Made by a program: the position numbers and the translations under genes. From assembly GCA_023411115.1 (NCBI GenBank), contig JAEYPF010000020.1, forward strand, positions 10,052 to 74,051: DNA of 64,000 nucleotides, written 5' to 3'. This DNA is from Methanobacteriota archaeon. Its GTDB lineage: Archaea > Methanobacteriota > Methanobacteria > Methanobacteriales > Methanobacteriaceae. The notes under the pieces were generated by a model. That model did not search any database. It saw nothing but the letters and a program-made list of their open reading frames with translations, and was not told where the DNA came from. Positions 41,677-49,945 of the stretch are shown here, one piece after another; the first letter of the stretch is position 1; each line of letters begins with the position of its first letter.

Positions 41677-42033
41677 TTAGAGTATTACTATTAATTCTTT
41701 AACTAAATCAGCAATTTTTGGGTCTGTAAGACTGTAATAAATCCATATTCCTTCTTTACGTCCTTTAATGAAACCTAAATTTTTAAGAATGTTTAAATGG
41801 TGGGATACACTTGATTGTGGCTTATCTAAGGCATATATTATCTCACAGGCGCACAATTCGCCTTCAGATAATAAATACAATATTTTGAGCCTGGTTGCGT
41901 CTGATAAAGCTTTAAGTTTACCTGAGTATTCTTCAAAATGATCATCATGGGGTAATGATTCCATAAGTTCGTTTAATCTTTGTATTTGCCCTTCATTTGG
42001 TCTGTTTCCATCTAAAATGTCACAAGTTTTCAT
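41677..42033 (-). CDS. arsR: ArsR/SmtB-family metalloid-responsive repressor
   Basis: 118 aa with a wHTH ([27 protein letters not shown]...[10 protein letters not shown]). The ELCAC sits at the position of the As(III)-binding ELCVC. Confidence 0.85.
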   Translation of the reverse strand: MKTCDILDGNRPNEGQIQRLNELMESLPHDDHFEEYSGKLKALSDATRLKILYLLSEGELCACEIIYALDKPQSSVSHHLNILKNLGFIKGRKEGIWIYYSLTDPKIADLVKELIVIL

Positions 42034-42432
42034 AATAACTCCCCTATCCCTGTAATTCAGTTAATGATTATTTATAGTTTAAATTTTATTCGCTGATGAT
42101 TAAATCCATATATCTATATATGTCGATATATTGATAGAAGTTTCAAATGGTATATAAACTTAACGTAATATTTTCTGAAAAATATTCAATGATAATATGT
42201 TGAAATAAATACAGATGGGGCTGGATTATGAACTGTATTTAAACACCTTTAATCAGAATTAATGATTTAATAAAATAAGTTCTATAGATTGAATTCAAAA
42301 AAATTTGAAATCTATTGATAGCGACTCATATGTTATAATACAGCTTTTTAGCTTAAAATTCAACAAAAGAGATTAATTAATATATTTATTTTAATCCAAA
42401 ACATTTATAATTGAAATGAAGAAACTCCCTTT

Positions 42433-42804
42433 ATGAAAAATAATCGTTGTTGTCCAGTTGATTCAGATATGAAAACTGTTTGGGAAGATGGGCTTCAAAA
42501 GGACCTAAAGTCTTTAAAAGAATCTAATATCATTGAAATAGTAGATTTACTTAAAATTTTAGGTAATCCTATACGGATGCAAATTATATTGCTACTTTAT
42601 AAAAGAGATTATTGCGTTTGTGAACTCGTCTATTTACTTAACGAGAAACAAAATTTAGTTTCATATAATCTGGGAATACTTAAAAAACGCCAAATTATAG
42701 ATTCTTACAATCTTTCTAAGAACAAATATTACAAATTGAACTTAGAAGGGAATGCAAGGCCTTTAATTGAATATATTAAAGAAAACATGATAGTTGGGTT
42801 TTAA
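42433..42804 (+). CDS. arsR: ArsR/SmtB-family repressor, second copy
   Basis: 123 aa with LGNPIRMQIILLLYKRDYCVCELVYLL...LVSYNLGILK, containing a CVC motif. Confidence 0.8.
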   Translation: MKNNRCCPVDSDMKTVWEDGLQKDLKSLKESNIIEIVDLLKILGNPIRMQIILLLYKRDYCVCELVYLLNEKQNLVSYNLGILKKRQIIDSYNLSKNKYYKLNLEGNARPLIEYIKENMIVGF

Positions 42805-42820
42805 CATAGAAGATGATAGT

Positions 42821-43252
42821 ATGGGGATAAAAATTACTTTTGCTGAACCTAAAGACGAAAAGTACATTAAAAAACTTTTATCTGAAGCATCTCTCCCTTA
42901 CAATGACATTTCAAAACATATAAATGATTTTTTATTAGCATCAATTGATGATGAAATCGTGGGAGTAATAGGAATTGAAATTATTGGGTATTTTGGCTTA
43001 CTTCGTTCTCTAGCAGTTACGCCTTCTGAACAAGGCAAAGGTATAGGGAAACTTCTTTGTGAAAGAATGATAGCTTATGCTTCCTTAAAAGGAGTTAGGG
43101 AGTTATATTTGTTGACTATAAATGCTGAATCATTTTTCGAAAGTTTAGGATTTAAGAAAATAGCAAGGGATAATGTATCTGAAGAAATTAAAAGTACCGA
43201 AGAATTTAAAAATATATGCCCTGTTTCTGCTGTATGTATGCTCAAAAAGTGA
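42821..43252 (+). CDS. arsN2: GNAT N-acetyltransferase of the ars-associated ArsN2 type
   Basis: The blocks LPYNDI, LLRSLAVTPSEQGKGIGKLL, LYLLTINAESFFESLGF and STEEFKNICPVSAVCMLKK follow the ArsN2 pattern as I remember it. ATG 42821 follows the arsR stop. Confidence 0.65.
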   Translation: MGIKITFAEPKDEKYIKKLLSEASLPYNDISKHINDFLLASIDDEIVGVIGIEIIGYFGLLRSLAVTPSEQGKGIGKLLCERMIAYASLKGVRELYLLTINAESFFESLGFKKIARDNVSEEIKSTEEFKNICPVSAVCMLKK

Positions 43253-43271
43253 TGATTATAAACTAGATTTA

Positions 43272-43568
43272 TTATTTACAGAATTTTAACATCTCTTCAA
43301 CGTCATAAAAGATGTTGCAGAAATATTTGCATGCTTCTTTTAGTTCTTTTTCACCTTTAGGGGTTAAAGAATAGTATTTTTTTTCATCAATTTTAATTAG
43401 ATCTTTATTTTTTAATTCATTAAGTGGGGGATAGATTGTTCCAGAGCTGGGCCTTTTACCTCTTCTTTTTCCTAATTCTTTGCTGATTTCGGCCCCTTTC
43501 ATGCTTTTTTTGCCTATTATCCATAGTATTAGATAAGTTAAATATCCCCTTGGTTTGCAACATTCCAT
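43272..43568 (-). CDS. PadR-family transcriptional regulator (short form)
   Basis: About 98 aa from ATG 43568, with YLILWIIGKKSMKGAEISKEL...SSGTIYPPLNELKNKDLI. The track ORF begins at an upstream TTG. Confidence 0.75.
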   Translation of the reverse strand: MECCKPRGYLTYLILWIIGKKSMKGAEISKELGKRRGKRPSSGTIYPPLNELKNKDLIKIDEKKYYSLTPKGEKELKEACKYFCNIFYDVEEMLKFCK

Positions 43569-43576
43569 GAAATAGT

Positions 43577-43651
43577 GTTGGATATCCAACTATATTTTAT
43601 TTTCTATCGCATAACCGACAATTATAAATATAAAGTGTCGCATAACCGACA
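43577..43651. promoter_or_regulatory. Divergent control region with a 14-bp perfect palindrome and two copies of a TGTCG-N6-CGACA element flanking a TATA box
   Basis: The elements are GTTGGATATCCAAC (43577-90), tatcgcataaccgaca (43605-20), TATA-like attataaatataaag (43621-35) and tgtcgcataaccgaca (43636-51). The two repeats start 31 bp apart. Confidence 0.45.
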
Positions 43652-43736
43652 TTACACAGCATTGGGAGAACAAAATCATGAAGAAAAAAGCATGCAAAAT
43701 AGGATATTTTGAAAAAGTAAACTTTAAGGGGGGCCT

Positions 43737-44663
43737 ATGATGAGTTTTGTAGATGGATTAAAATCTAGATACATTGCTAAACGAATGAATAAGATTAAAC
43801 AGCTATATAATAGTGTAAATGGTGAAAAAGGGGCAATTAAATCAAATTCTTCATCTCCAGAAATATTTGCAGTCAATAAAAAAACACCACTCAGAGCCCT
43901 TCCGACTATGTTGTCTATAGGAAAAAACATTGAATACAACTTTGAATCATTGAAAAATAATCCCACTAACCCCAAAACAATAGCATCTGATGATTTCATT
44001 AAAGAGTTAGAAAATTATGCTAAGTCTATGGGAATCAAAAGTATAGGATACACTAAGGCCCCTCCAGAGTTAATATTCAAAGGTAATGCAATTTTATATG
44101 AAAATGCAATTGTACTAACTAAAGAAATAGATAAAAACCATGTAGATAATGAACTTCCCGGAAAATCAGTAACAGATCTTAAACTTTACAATAAACTAGG
44201 TAAGATAGCGAATGAACTTGCTGATTATCTTAGGAAGAATGGATTTGGTGCACATGCCAGCCATCCTGCTATTGGGTCAGTTACTTATCCTACACTCGCA
44301 CAATATGCGGGATTAGGTTATAGGGGGAAAAGTAATCTTCTTATAACTCCAGAATTAGGTCCTAGGCAAAAAATAGCCGCTATATTCACAAGTATCGATA
44401 ATTTACCATTTAATGGGGCTAATGAACATTCATGGATAGTTGATTACTGTAACATCTGCGGCAAATGCATGAAAAAATGTCCAGAAGATGCTATTGTAGA
44501 AATAGAACTTCCTAATGGATCTAAAGGAAGTAAGTTCGTGCCAGAACTTTGTAGGGGGTGTTACGAGAGTTGTACTATTTGTATGAAAGAATGTCCATTC
44601 AATAAAAGAGATTATTCTCATATTAAAGGTAGATTTGAAAAAACACAACAAAATAGAAGATAA
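43737..44663 (+). CDS. RdhA/QueG-superfamily Fe-S protein, short paralog of 38627..39949
   Basis: 308 aa with [62 protein letters not shown] and CRGCYESCTICMKECP. It lacks the CGC repeats and the SCP2-like tail. Confidence 0.7.
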   Translation: MMSFVDGLKSRYIAKRMNKIKQLYNSVNGEKGAIKSNSSSPEIFAVNKKTPLRALPTMLSIGKNIEYNFESLKNNPTNPKTIASDDFIKELENYAKSMGIKSIGYTKAPPELIFKGNAILYENAIVLTKEIDKNHVDNELPGKSVTDLKLYNKLGKIANELADYLRKNGFGAHASHPAIGSVTYPTLAQYAGLGYRGKSNLLITPELGPRQKIAAIFTSIDNLPFNGANEHSWIVDYCNICGKCMKKCPEDAIVEIELPNGSKGSKFVPELCRGCYESCTICMKECPFNKRDYSHIKGRFEKTQQNRR

Positions 44664-44805
44664 TTCTATCTTCTCAAATTAATTTTGGATAACCGCATCT
44701 GTGGCATAATTTCAAACCGCTAAGTTTATATATTTAATTCAACTTTTCTATATTATACAGTTAGAATATTATAATATTAGAATATCAAAAAATATCAGTG
44801 AAATT

Positions 44806-45354
44806 ATGTCTAGAATATCAGATATTGAGGCAGCTATACTTGGATTGCTTTATGAAAAACCACAGTATGGTTACCAGATCGAAAAAACCATAGAATCATG
44901 GGGAATGCGTAACTGGACTCAAATAGGATTTTCATCAATTTACTACGTCCTTAAAAAGCTTGAAAAGAAAGATTTAGTTGAAAGTAAGATTGAAAAAGTT
45001 GAAGGGAAACCATCACGTAAAATTTACACCATCACAGAAGCAGGAAAAGTGGAGATGAAGGAAAAGCTTATGGATCTTCTTTCATGGAATAAAAAGTTAA
45101 TTTCACCCTTTGATCTTGGCATAGCCTACCTTAACTATCTCGAACCGCAAGAAGCAGTTGACTGTCTTGAAAACTACGTGAAATCAGCAGAGGGCAGGAT
45201 CAAATTCCTTGAAAGTTCAGTTAGGGTACAGAAAGAATTAAAAGCTCCTTACTATGTAATTGCCCTTTTTAGCAGGCCCTTAGAAGCACTTAAAACCGAG
45301 ATTGAATGGGTAGTACAATTAATTGAGACAATTAAAAATGCAGAGAATCTTTAA
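44806..45354 (+). CDS. PadR-family transcriptional regulator (long form)
   Basis: 182 aa with AILGLLYEKPQYGYQIEKTI...YYVLKKLEKKDLVES...KIYTITEAGK. Confidence 0.8.
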   Translation: MSRISDIEAAILGLLYEKPQYGYQIEKTIESWGMRNWTQIGFSSIYYVLKKLEKKDLVESKIEKVEGKPSRKIYTITEAGKVEMKEKLMDLLSWNKKLISPFDLGIAYLNYLEPQEAVDCLENYVKSAEGRIKFLESSVRVQKELKAPYYVIALFSRPLEALKTEIEWVVQLIETIKNAENL

Positions 45355-45382
45355 AGCGAGTAAAATTTAGAAGGTGAATAAA

Positions 45383-45841
45383 ATGGAAATAGTGGAAAAG
45401 AAACTTGGAAAAAGGCAGGTGGCGTATGTAACATATAAAGGATCCTACGATGAAGTGCCAGTTTTAATGGGGGAAATTGTAGGATTCATAATGGCTAAAG
45501 GACTTTCAATAATGGGTCCTCCATTTGGTGTGTACTTCAACAGTCCCCATGAAGTGCCAGTTGAAGACTTAATGTATGAGGTAGGAATGCCATTTGCTGG
45601 AGATGCAAAGGAAGAAGGAAGGGTGAAAATCAAAACATTACCTGAACAACTTGTTCTATCAACTATATATAAAGGACCTTACAGCGGATGCGGTATGGCA
45701 ATTGGTGCACTGGCAGAATACGCCTACAAAAACGGCTACGAAATTATCGGTCCTCCTATGGAAACCTACATCTCAGACCCTAACGAAACTCCAGAAAGTG
45801 AGCTTTTAACAGAGATGTGCTTCCCTGTAATGAAAAAATAA
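45383..45841 (+). CDS. GyrI-like small-molecule-binding domain protein
   Basis: About 152 aa from ATG 45383 (RBS aaggtga). VAYVTYKGSYDEVPVLMGEIVGFI ... YKGPYSG ... ETYISDPNETPESELLTEMCFPV is the typical SbmC/GyrI-like duplication. Confidence 0.75.
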   Translation: MEIVEKKLGKRQVAYVTYKGSYDEVPVLMGEIVGFIMAKGLSIMGPPFGVYFNSPHEVPVEDLMYEVGMPFAGDAKEEGRVKIKTLPEQLVLSTIYKGPYSGCGMAIGALAEYAYKNGYEIIGPPMETYISDPNETPESELLTEMCFPVMKK

Positions 45842-45954
45842 TTCCCTGGAACACCAAGTGTTCGGGGTTCAGGAAACATAATTTCCGTCAACGCCGAAAA
45901 TTCGTAGAATTTTTGAGTGATTTCATTTATTTTTTTATTAAGGAGGGGTTCAAA

Positions 45955-46998
45955 ATGGACAAGCATTCTCTTATAGCTCCCTGTGGAATGAACTGTGGGG
46001 TTTGTATGGCTTATTTAAGAGAGAAGAATAAATGTCCTGGCTGCAGGGGACCCGATGCAAATAAACCTGTTACAAGGACACGATGTAAAATTAAAAGCTG
46101 TGAAGTTTTTAAAAACGGAGAAAAAAAGTTCTGTTTTGATTGCGAAGATTTTCCCTGCCAGAATTTGAAGCGTTTAGACAAAAGATACCGAACCAAATAT
46201 AACATGAGCATGGTTGAAAATCTTGAATATATTCAGAATTTTGGCATTGAAAAATTCTTAGAGAATGAAGGTGCCAAATGGACCTGTTCTGAGTGCGGGG
46301 GCACGATTTGTGTTCATAAAGGCTACTGTTACAGCTGCGGAAAGATATTTTGGAAAGTGAAAGAAATGACAAAAATAGACTTAAAAAAGGAGAATAAGGA
46401 ACTCTACAACCCTTCTAAAAAGGAAGTTTCTATTGTAGATGTCCCTGAAATGAAATTTTTGATGATAGATGGTGAAGGAGACCCGAATACATCACAGGAA
46501 TATCAAGATGCAATGGAAGCACTGTTTCCAGTATCTTATAAGGTTAAGTTCATTTCTAAAAAAGAGAAATCACAGGACTATGTTGTAATGCCTCTTGAAG
46601 GGCTCTGGTGGGTTGATAACATGGAAGATTTCAGCATTGACGATAAAAGCAGCTGGAAATGGACAGTGATGATAAGGCAGCCTGATTTTATAAGTAAAAG
46701 AATGATAAAAGATGCAATTGAAGAAGTGGAAAAAAAGAAGAATCCTGCAGCGTTATCTAAAATAAGATTTGAAACCCTTCATGAGGGTTTATCGGCCCAA
46801 ATAATGCATATGGGTCCATATGCAGAGGAAGGACCAACAGTGGAGAAACTGCATGCTTTTATTGAAGAAAATGGCTACCAATTTGACGGCAATACTCCTG
46901 GTAAAAAACACCATGAGATATACATCAGCGACATGCGAAGAACAAAACCAGAAAGACTTAAAACAATTATAAGACAACCTATGAGTAAGAATAGGTGA
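45955..46998 (+). CDS. Fusion of a Cys-rich DUF3795-like domain with a GyrI-like ligand-binding domain
   Basis: 347 aa from ATG 45955 (RBS aaggagggg). The N-terminus has CGMNCGVCMAY..CPGCRG..CKIKSCE..FCFDCEDFPC..CSECGG. The C-terminus has ELYNPSKKEVSIVDVPEMKFLMIDGEGDPN ... HMGPYAEEG ... HHEIYISD. The 5' extension in the ORF track overlaps the previous gene. Confidence 0.65.
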   Translation: MDKHSLIAPCGMNCGVCMAYLREKNKCPGCRGPDANKPVTRTRCKIKSCEVFKNGEKKFCFDCEDFPCQNLKRLDKRYRTKYNMSMVENLEYIQNFGIEKFLENEGAKWTCSECGGTICVHKGYCYSCGKIFWKVKEMTKIDLKKENKELYNPSKKEVSIVDVPEMKFLMIDGEGDPNTSQEYQDAMEALFPVSYKVKFISKKEKSQDYVVMPLEGLWWVDNMEDFSIDDKSSWKWTVMIRQPDFISKRMIKDAIEEVEKKKNPAALSKIRFETLHEGLSAQIMHMGPYAEEGPTVEKLHAFIEENGYQFDGNTPGKKHHEIYISDMRRTKPERLKTIIRQPMSKNR

Positions 46999-47002
46999 TT
47001 AA

Positions 47003-47380
47003 ATGAATAAAAATTTGAAAATAATTTTGTTTGGATTTTTGGTATGGTTAATACCTTTTTTAGTATCTTTTGTAATATTTCCTTTAAGAACCTCCATGAG
47101 GCCTTTATTTGAATCCATAATGCCTTTAGTTCTTACCATAATAGTAATAGCATTAGCATATTATTATTTAAATGATATAACCGTTAATTTTGTAAAAGAA
47201 GGGGTAATCATTGGCCTTGCATGGTTTATAATTAATATTGCAATAGATTTAGTGATGTTCATGCCTGCAAGCCCCATGCATATGAACTTTACAGATTACA
47301 TGATGGATATAGGTCTTACATATGTAATGATCCCAGTTATAACAATAGGAATGGGATATATGGCTCAAGATAAGACATAA
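47003..47380 (+). CDS. Small membrane protein (4 helices), unknown family
   Basis: 125 aa beginning MNKNLKIILFGFLVWLIPFLVSF.... The start lies 4 nt after the previous stop. Confidence 0.5.
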   Translation: MNKNLKIILFGFLVWLIPFLVSFVIFPLRTSMRPLFESIMPLVLTIIVIALAYYYLNDITVNFVKEGVIIGLAWFIINIAIDLVMFMPASPMHMNFTDYMMDIGLTYVMIPVITIGMGYMAQDKT

Positions 47381-47462
47381 TAACCGAATGGTTTAATAGA
47401 GAATTGTAATAGCGTATCTAAAAACATTGCCATTTATAATGGAATTAAATCTGTGTGATATC

Positions 47463-47839
47463 ATGAATAAAAATTTAAAAATATTAAACTATGGATTTTT
47501 GGTTTGGTTAATACCCTCCTTAATTACAGTTACTTCTGCATATTCAGGGGCCATGGCCATTTTTGAAATCATATCAGCAGTAGCTATAGCTGTAACTGTT
47601 ATAGTGTTTTCTTATTTATATTTAAACGGTTTAAATGGGAATTTCATTAAAGAAGAGTTTTAATTGGGGTGGTATGGCTGATAATTAGTATTGCCATGGA
47701 TTTACTCTTAATTGCAGCAGGTGTCTCACAGCTAAGTTTAAACAATTACGCAATGTATGTTGCCCCCCTCTATATCATCGTTCCAGCAATAACTATCGGA
47801 TTAGGTTTATACATGAATCAAAATAAGTCAAAGGCGTAA
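47463..47839 (+). pseudogene. Paralog of 47003..47380 interrupted by a single-nucleotide frameshift
   Basis: MNKNLKILNYGFLVWLIPSL... reads to the TAA at 47661-63. Homology to the first copy resumes in the -1 frame from 47660 (LIGVVWLIISIAMDLLL...ITIGLGLYMNQNKSKA*) and ends at 47839. The shift occurs at a T4 run (47658-61). Confidence 0.5.
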
Positions 47840-47861
47840 TATCTACTTTGGAGTGTTAATT

Positions 47862-48542
47862 ATGGAATTTGAATCAATCATTGGAGAACTGGAATCTTTA
47901 TCTAACCCTGAAGATGCAGAAGGGAGGGCTAGATTTGGAATAAGTCATCAAAAAACTTATGGTATAAGAATGCCTGAATTACGACGTATAGCAAAGAATG
48001 CAGGTAAAGACCATGAACTTGCAGAAAAATTATGGAATGCAGGATATGGGGAAACAAAAATACTTGCAAGCCTTATAGATGACCCTAAAATGGTTACTGA
48101 AGCTCAAATGGAAAGATGGGTTAGTGAATTTGATTCATGGGATGTCTGTGACCAGTGCTGTATAAATCTATTCCGCAAAACTCCTTTTGCACGCCAAAAG
48201 ATATTTGAATGGAGCGTACGGGAGGAAGAATTCGTAAAAAGAGCAGGGTTTGCCCTGATCGCTGTTCTGGCTGTACATGATAAAAAAGCAGATGATGAAA
48301 AATTTGAAGAGTTCTTCCCATTGATTATAAAAGGGTCTTCTGACAGCCGAAATTTTGTTAAAAAAGCTGTTAACTGGGCCTTAAGGCAAATTGGAAAACG
48401 AAATATAACTTTAAATAAAAAAGCAATTGAAGTTGCAAAAGAAATTAGTAATATGGATCCAAAAAGCGCTAAATGGATAGCTTCTGATGCAATCAGGGAA
48501 CTTGAAAGTGAAAAAGTTCAGGAAAGAATTAAAAATAAGTAA
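47862..48542 (+). CDS. AlkD/AlkC-type HEAT-like-repeat DNA alkylation repair glycosylase family protein
   Basis: About 226 aa with GIRMPELRRIAK, EFDSWDVCDQ (compare the AlkD SWWDSVD catalytic region), FVKRAGFALI and FVKKAVNWALRQIGK. ATG 47862 has a ggag RBS. Confidence 0.78.
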   Translation: MEFESIIGELESLSNPEDAEGRARFGISHQKTYGIRMPELRRIAKNAGKDHELAEKLWNAGYGETKILASLIDDPKMVTEAQMERWVSEFDSWDVCDQCCINLFRKTPFARQKIFEWSVREEEFVKRAGFALIAVLAVHDKKADDEKFEEFFPLIIKGSSDSRNFVKKAVNWALRQIGKRNITLNKKAIEVAKEISNMDPKSAKWIASDAIRELESEKVQERIKNK

Positions 48543-48559
48543 TATTCTATAAACGGATT

Positions 48560-49906
48560 TTAAATCTCACCTATCAAATTGGCCAGTTGTTCTAGATTCC
48601 GAATACTAAAAATTTCCGCTCCAGCATCCTCATAATATGAAACACAGCTACCAAATTTATTCCATTGAATTTTTGACTCTGGATTTAGTATCAGTACCCT
48701 CTTTGACTTATCCGCCATTTCATAAATTAAATCTGCACTTCTGGGTTTTTCGGATATTTTTGGGCCCATCCAATCTCTGCAGTCTGTTAAAATAATTACA
48801 TATGATTTATTGTTTATATTTGACTGTTCTAAGAAACTTTTAAAGGATGAAAACATATTTGAGCATCTATTTACTTTTTCGTTTTTTTCTCTAACTTCAA
48901 ATACTTTATCAGATGCCCTTTCAATGGTTGGTTCATCAAGCGCTGATGTAACCTCAACTGTTTCATTATCGTATTCAAATACTCTTACCTTATTAAAAGC
49001 CCTTTGAGATGAATAGATGATGCAGAAAAACCAGTTGCTTATCCAATCACACGAAGCACTTATATCACTTAAGAAATAATGATTCATTTTACTCAACTTA
49101 GGTTTTTCATTTACTTTTTCTAGAAAAACTCCTCCATACTTCATATTTTTCCTGATGGTTTTTCTAATATTGGTTTTTCCTCTAGAAGATACTTTAAAAC
49201 GTCTTGATCTTTTGGTAGCGATCTTTTTGCCAAGTTTTTGACATAGGTTCATCATTTTTGGATATAACTGATTCAATTTCACATTGTTTAAAGCAAGAAG
49301 GTCTGTAAAACTCATTTTTTCAATGTTAGATTGTATATCATGTTGATTTAAAGCCTTAAACACATCTTCTGTTTTATAACCACTATTTACAAGTTTTTCT
49401 ACCGCTTTTTGGCGTGTTTTATTATTTAATTTACTAATTCCAGAATTTAATTTTCCACTATATTTTGGGTTATTTTGAAAACTTTGTTTTTTTCCATTTG
49501 ATTGGGAACCTTCAGATTTCTTATTAATGTACATATTCTGTATTTCGTTTGATAGACTTGTTACTGCATTATTTACCTTTTTAGATTCCTCTTTGGATTC
49601 TTGAGTCTTATTATATTGGTTTCCTTTCATTTTCCGTGAATCAGATTTATTTGATTTTCTAGATTCTTGAGTTTCATTATGCTGCAGCTCTTTCTGGAAA
49701 ATTATATTGAAGATCAGATCAAATTTTTCCCGCTGCTCATGTTCTTTAACGTATATACAAGCTAAAGCTTCTCTTAGAGTTTCCATATCATAGTCCATTA
49801 AAAGAGCTGATTTGTAAGCAGTTTTTGTACTCCTTACACTTACAGGAATACCTGCAGCACGTAAAGAGCTTGAAAATTCAATTATTTTGTCCTTCATATC
49901 CATCAA
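48560..49906 (-). CDS. CoxE-like VWA-domain protein
   Basis: 448 aa. The N-terminus is IIEFSSSLRAAGIPVSV...EKFDLIFNIIF and the C-terminal VWA-like block is YVIILTDCRDW. A central Lys/Ser/Asn/Gln-rich low-complexity insert carries repeated N(E/K)TQES(R/K). Confidence 0.7.
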   Translation of the reverse strand: MMDMKDKIIEFSSSLRAAGIPVSVRSTKTAYKSALLMDYDMETLREALACIYVKEHEQREKFDLIFNIIFQKELQHNETQESRKSNKSDSRKMKGNQYNKTQESKEESKKVNNAVTSLSNEIQNMYINKKSEGSQSNGKKQSFQNNPKYSGKLNSGISKLNNKTRQKAVEKLVNSGYKTEDVFKALNQHDIQSNIEKMSFTDLLALNNVKLNQLYPKMMNLCQKLGKKIATKRSRRFKVSSRGKTNIRKTIRKNMKYGGVFLEKVNEKPKLSKMNHYFLSDISASCDWISNWFFCIIYSSQRAFNKVRVFEYDNETVEVTSALDEPTIERASDKVFEVREKNEKVNRCSNMFSSFKSFLEQSNINNKSYVIILTDCRDWMGPKISEKPRSADLIYEMADKSKRVLILNPESKIQWNKFGSCVSYYEDAGAEIFSIRNLEQLANLIGEI

Positions 49907-49945
49907 ATGTTTTAAGCCTTTTAACTTGAAATTTATCTCAGTTCA

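Noticed and set aside
42107-42122. 7-2-7 inverted repeat catatat-ct-atatatg in the arsR/arsR divergent region, considered as an ArsR operator.
   Set aside because: It is composed entirely of alternating A/T apart from its ends. Such palindromes are expected by chance in this AT-rich spacer, and I cannot support an operator call without binding data.
43724-43999. 91-aa minus-strand ORF overlapping the 5' end of the second RdhA/QueG-like gene.
   Set aside because: It overlaps a plus-strand gene whose protein aligns along its length with the paralog at 38627..39949. It has no RBS and no motif.
45817-45954. N-terminal extensions in the ORF track: 45817 for the DUF3795-GyrI gene, 50866 for MoxR, 40039 for the RdhA-like gene, 40667 for the 218-aa gene, 22166 for nifH, and 32451 for the peptidase.
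   Set aside because: Each extension overlaps the preceding gene or lacks an RBS. An internal ATG preceded by a GGAGG/AGGTG-type RBS at 5-9 nt gives a protein that starts where family homology starts.
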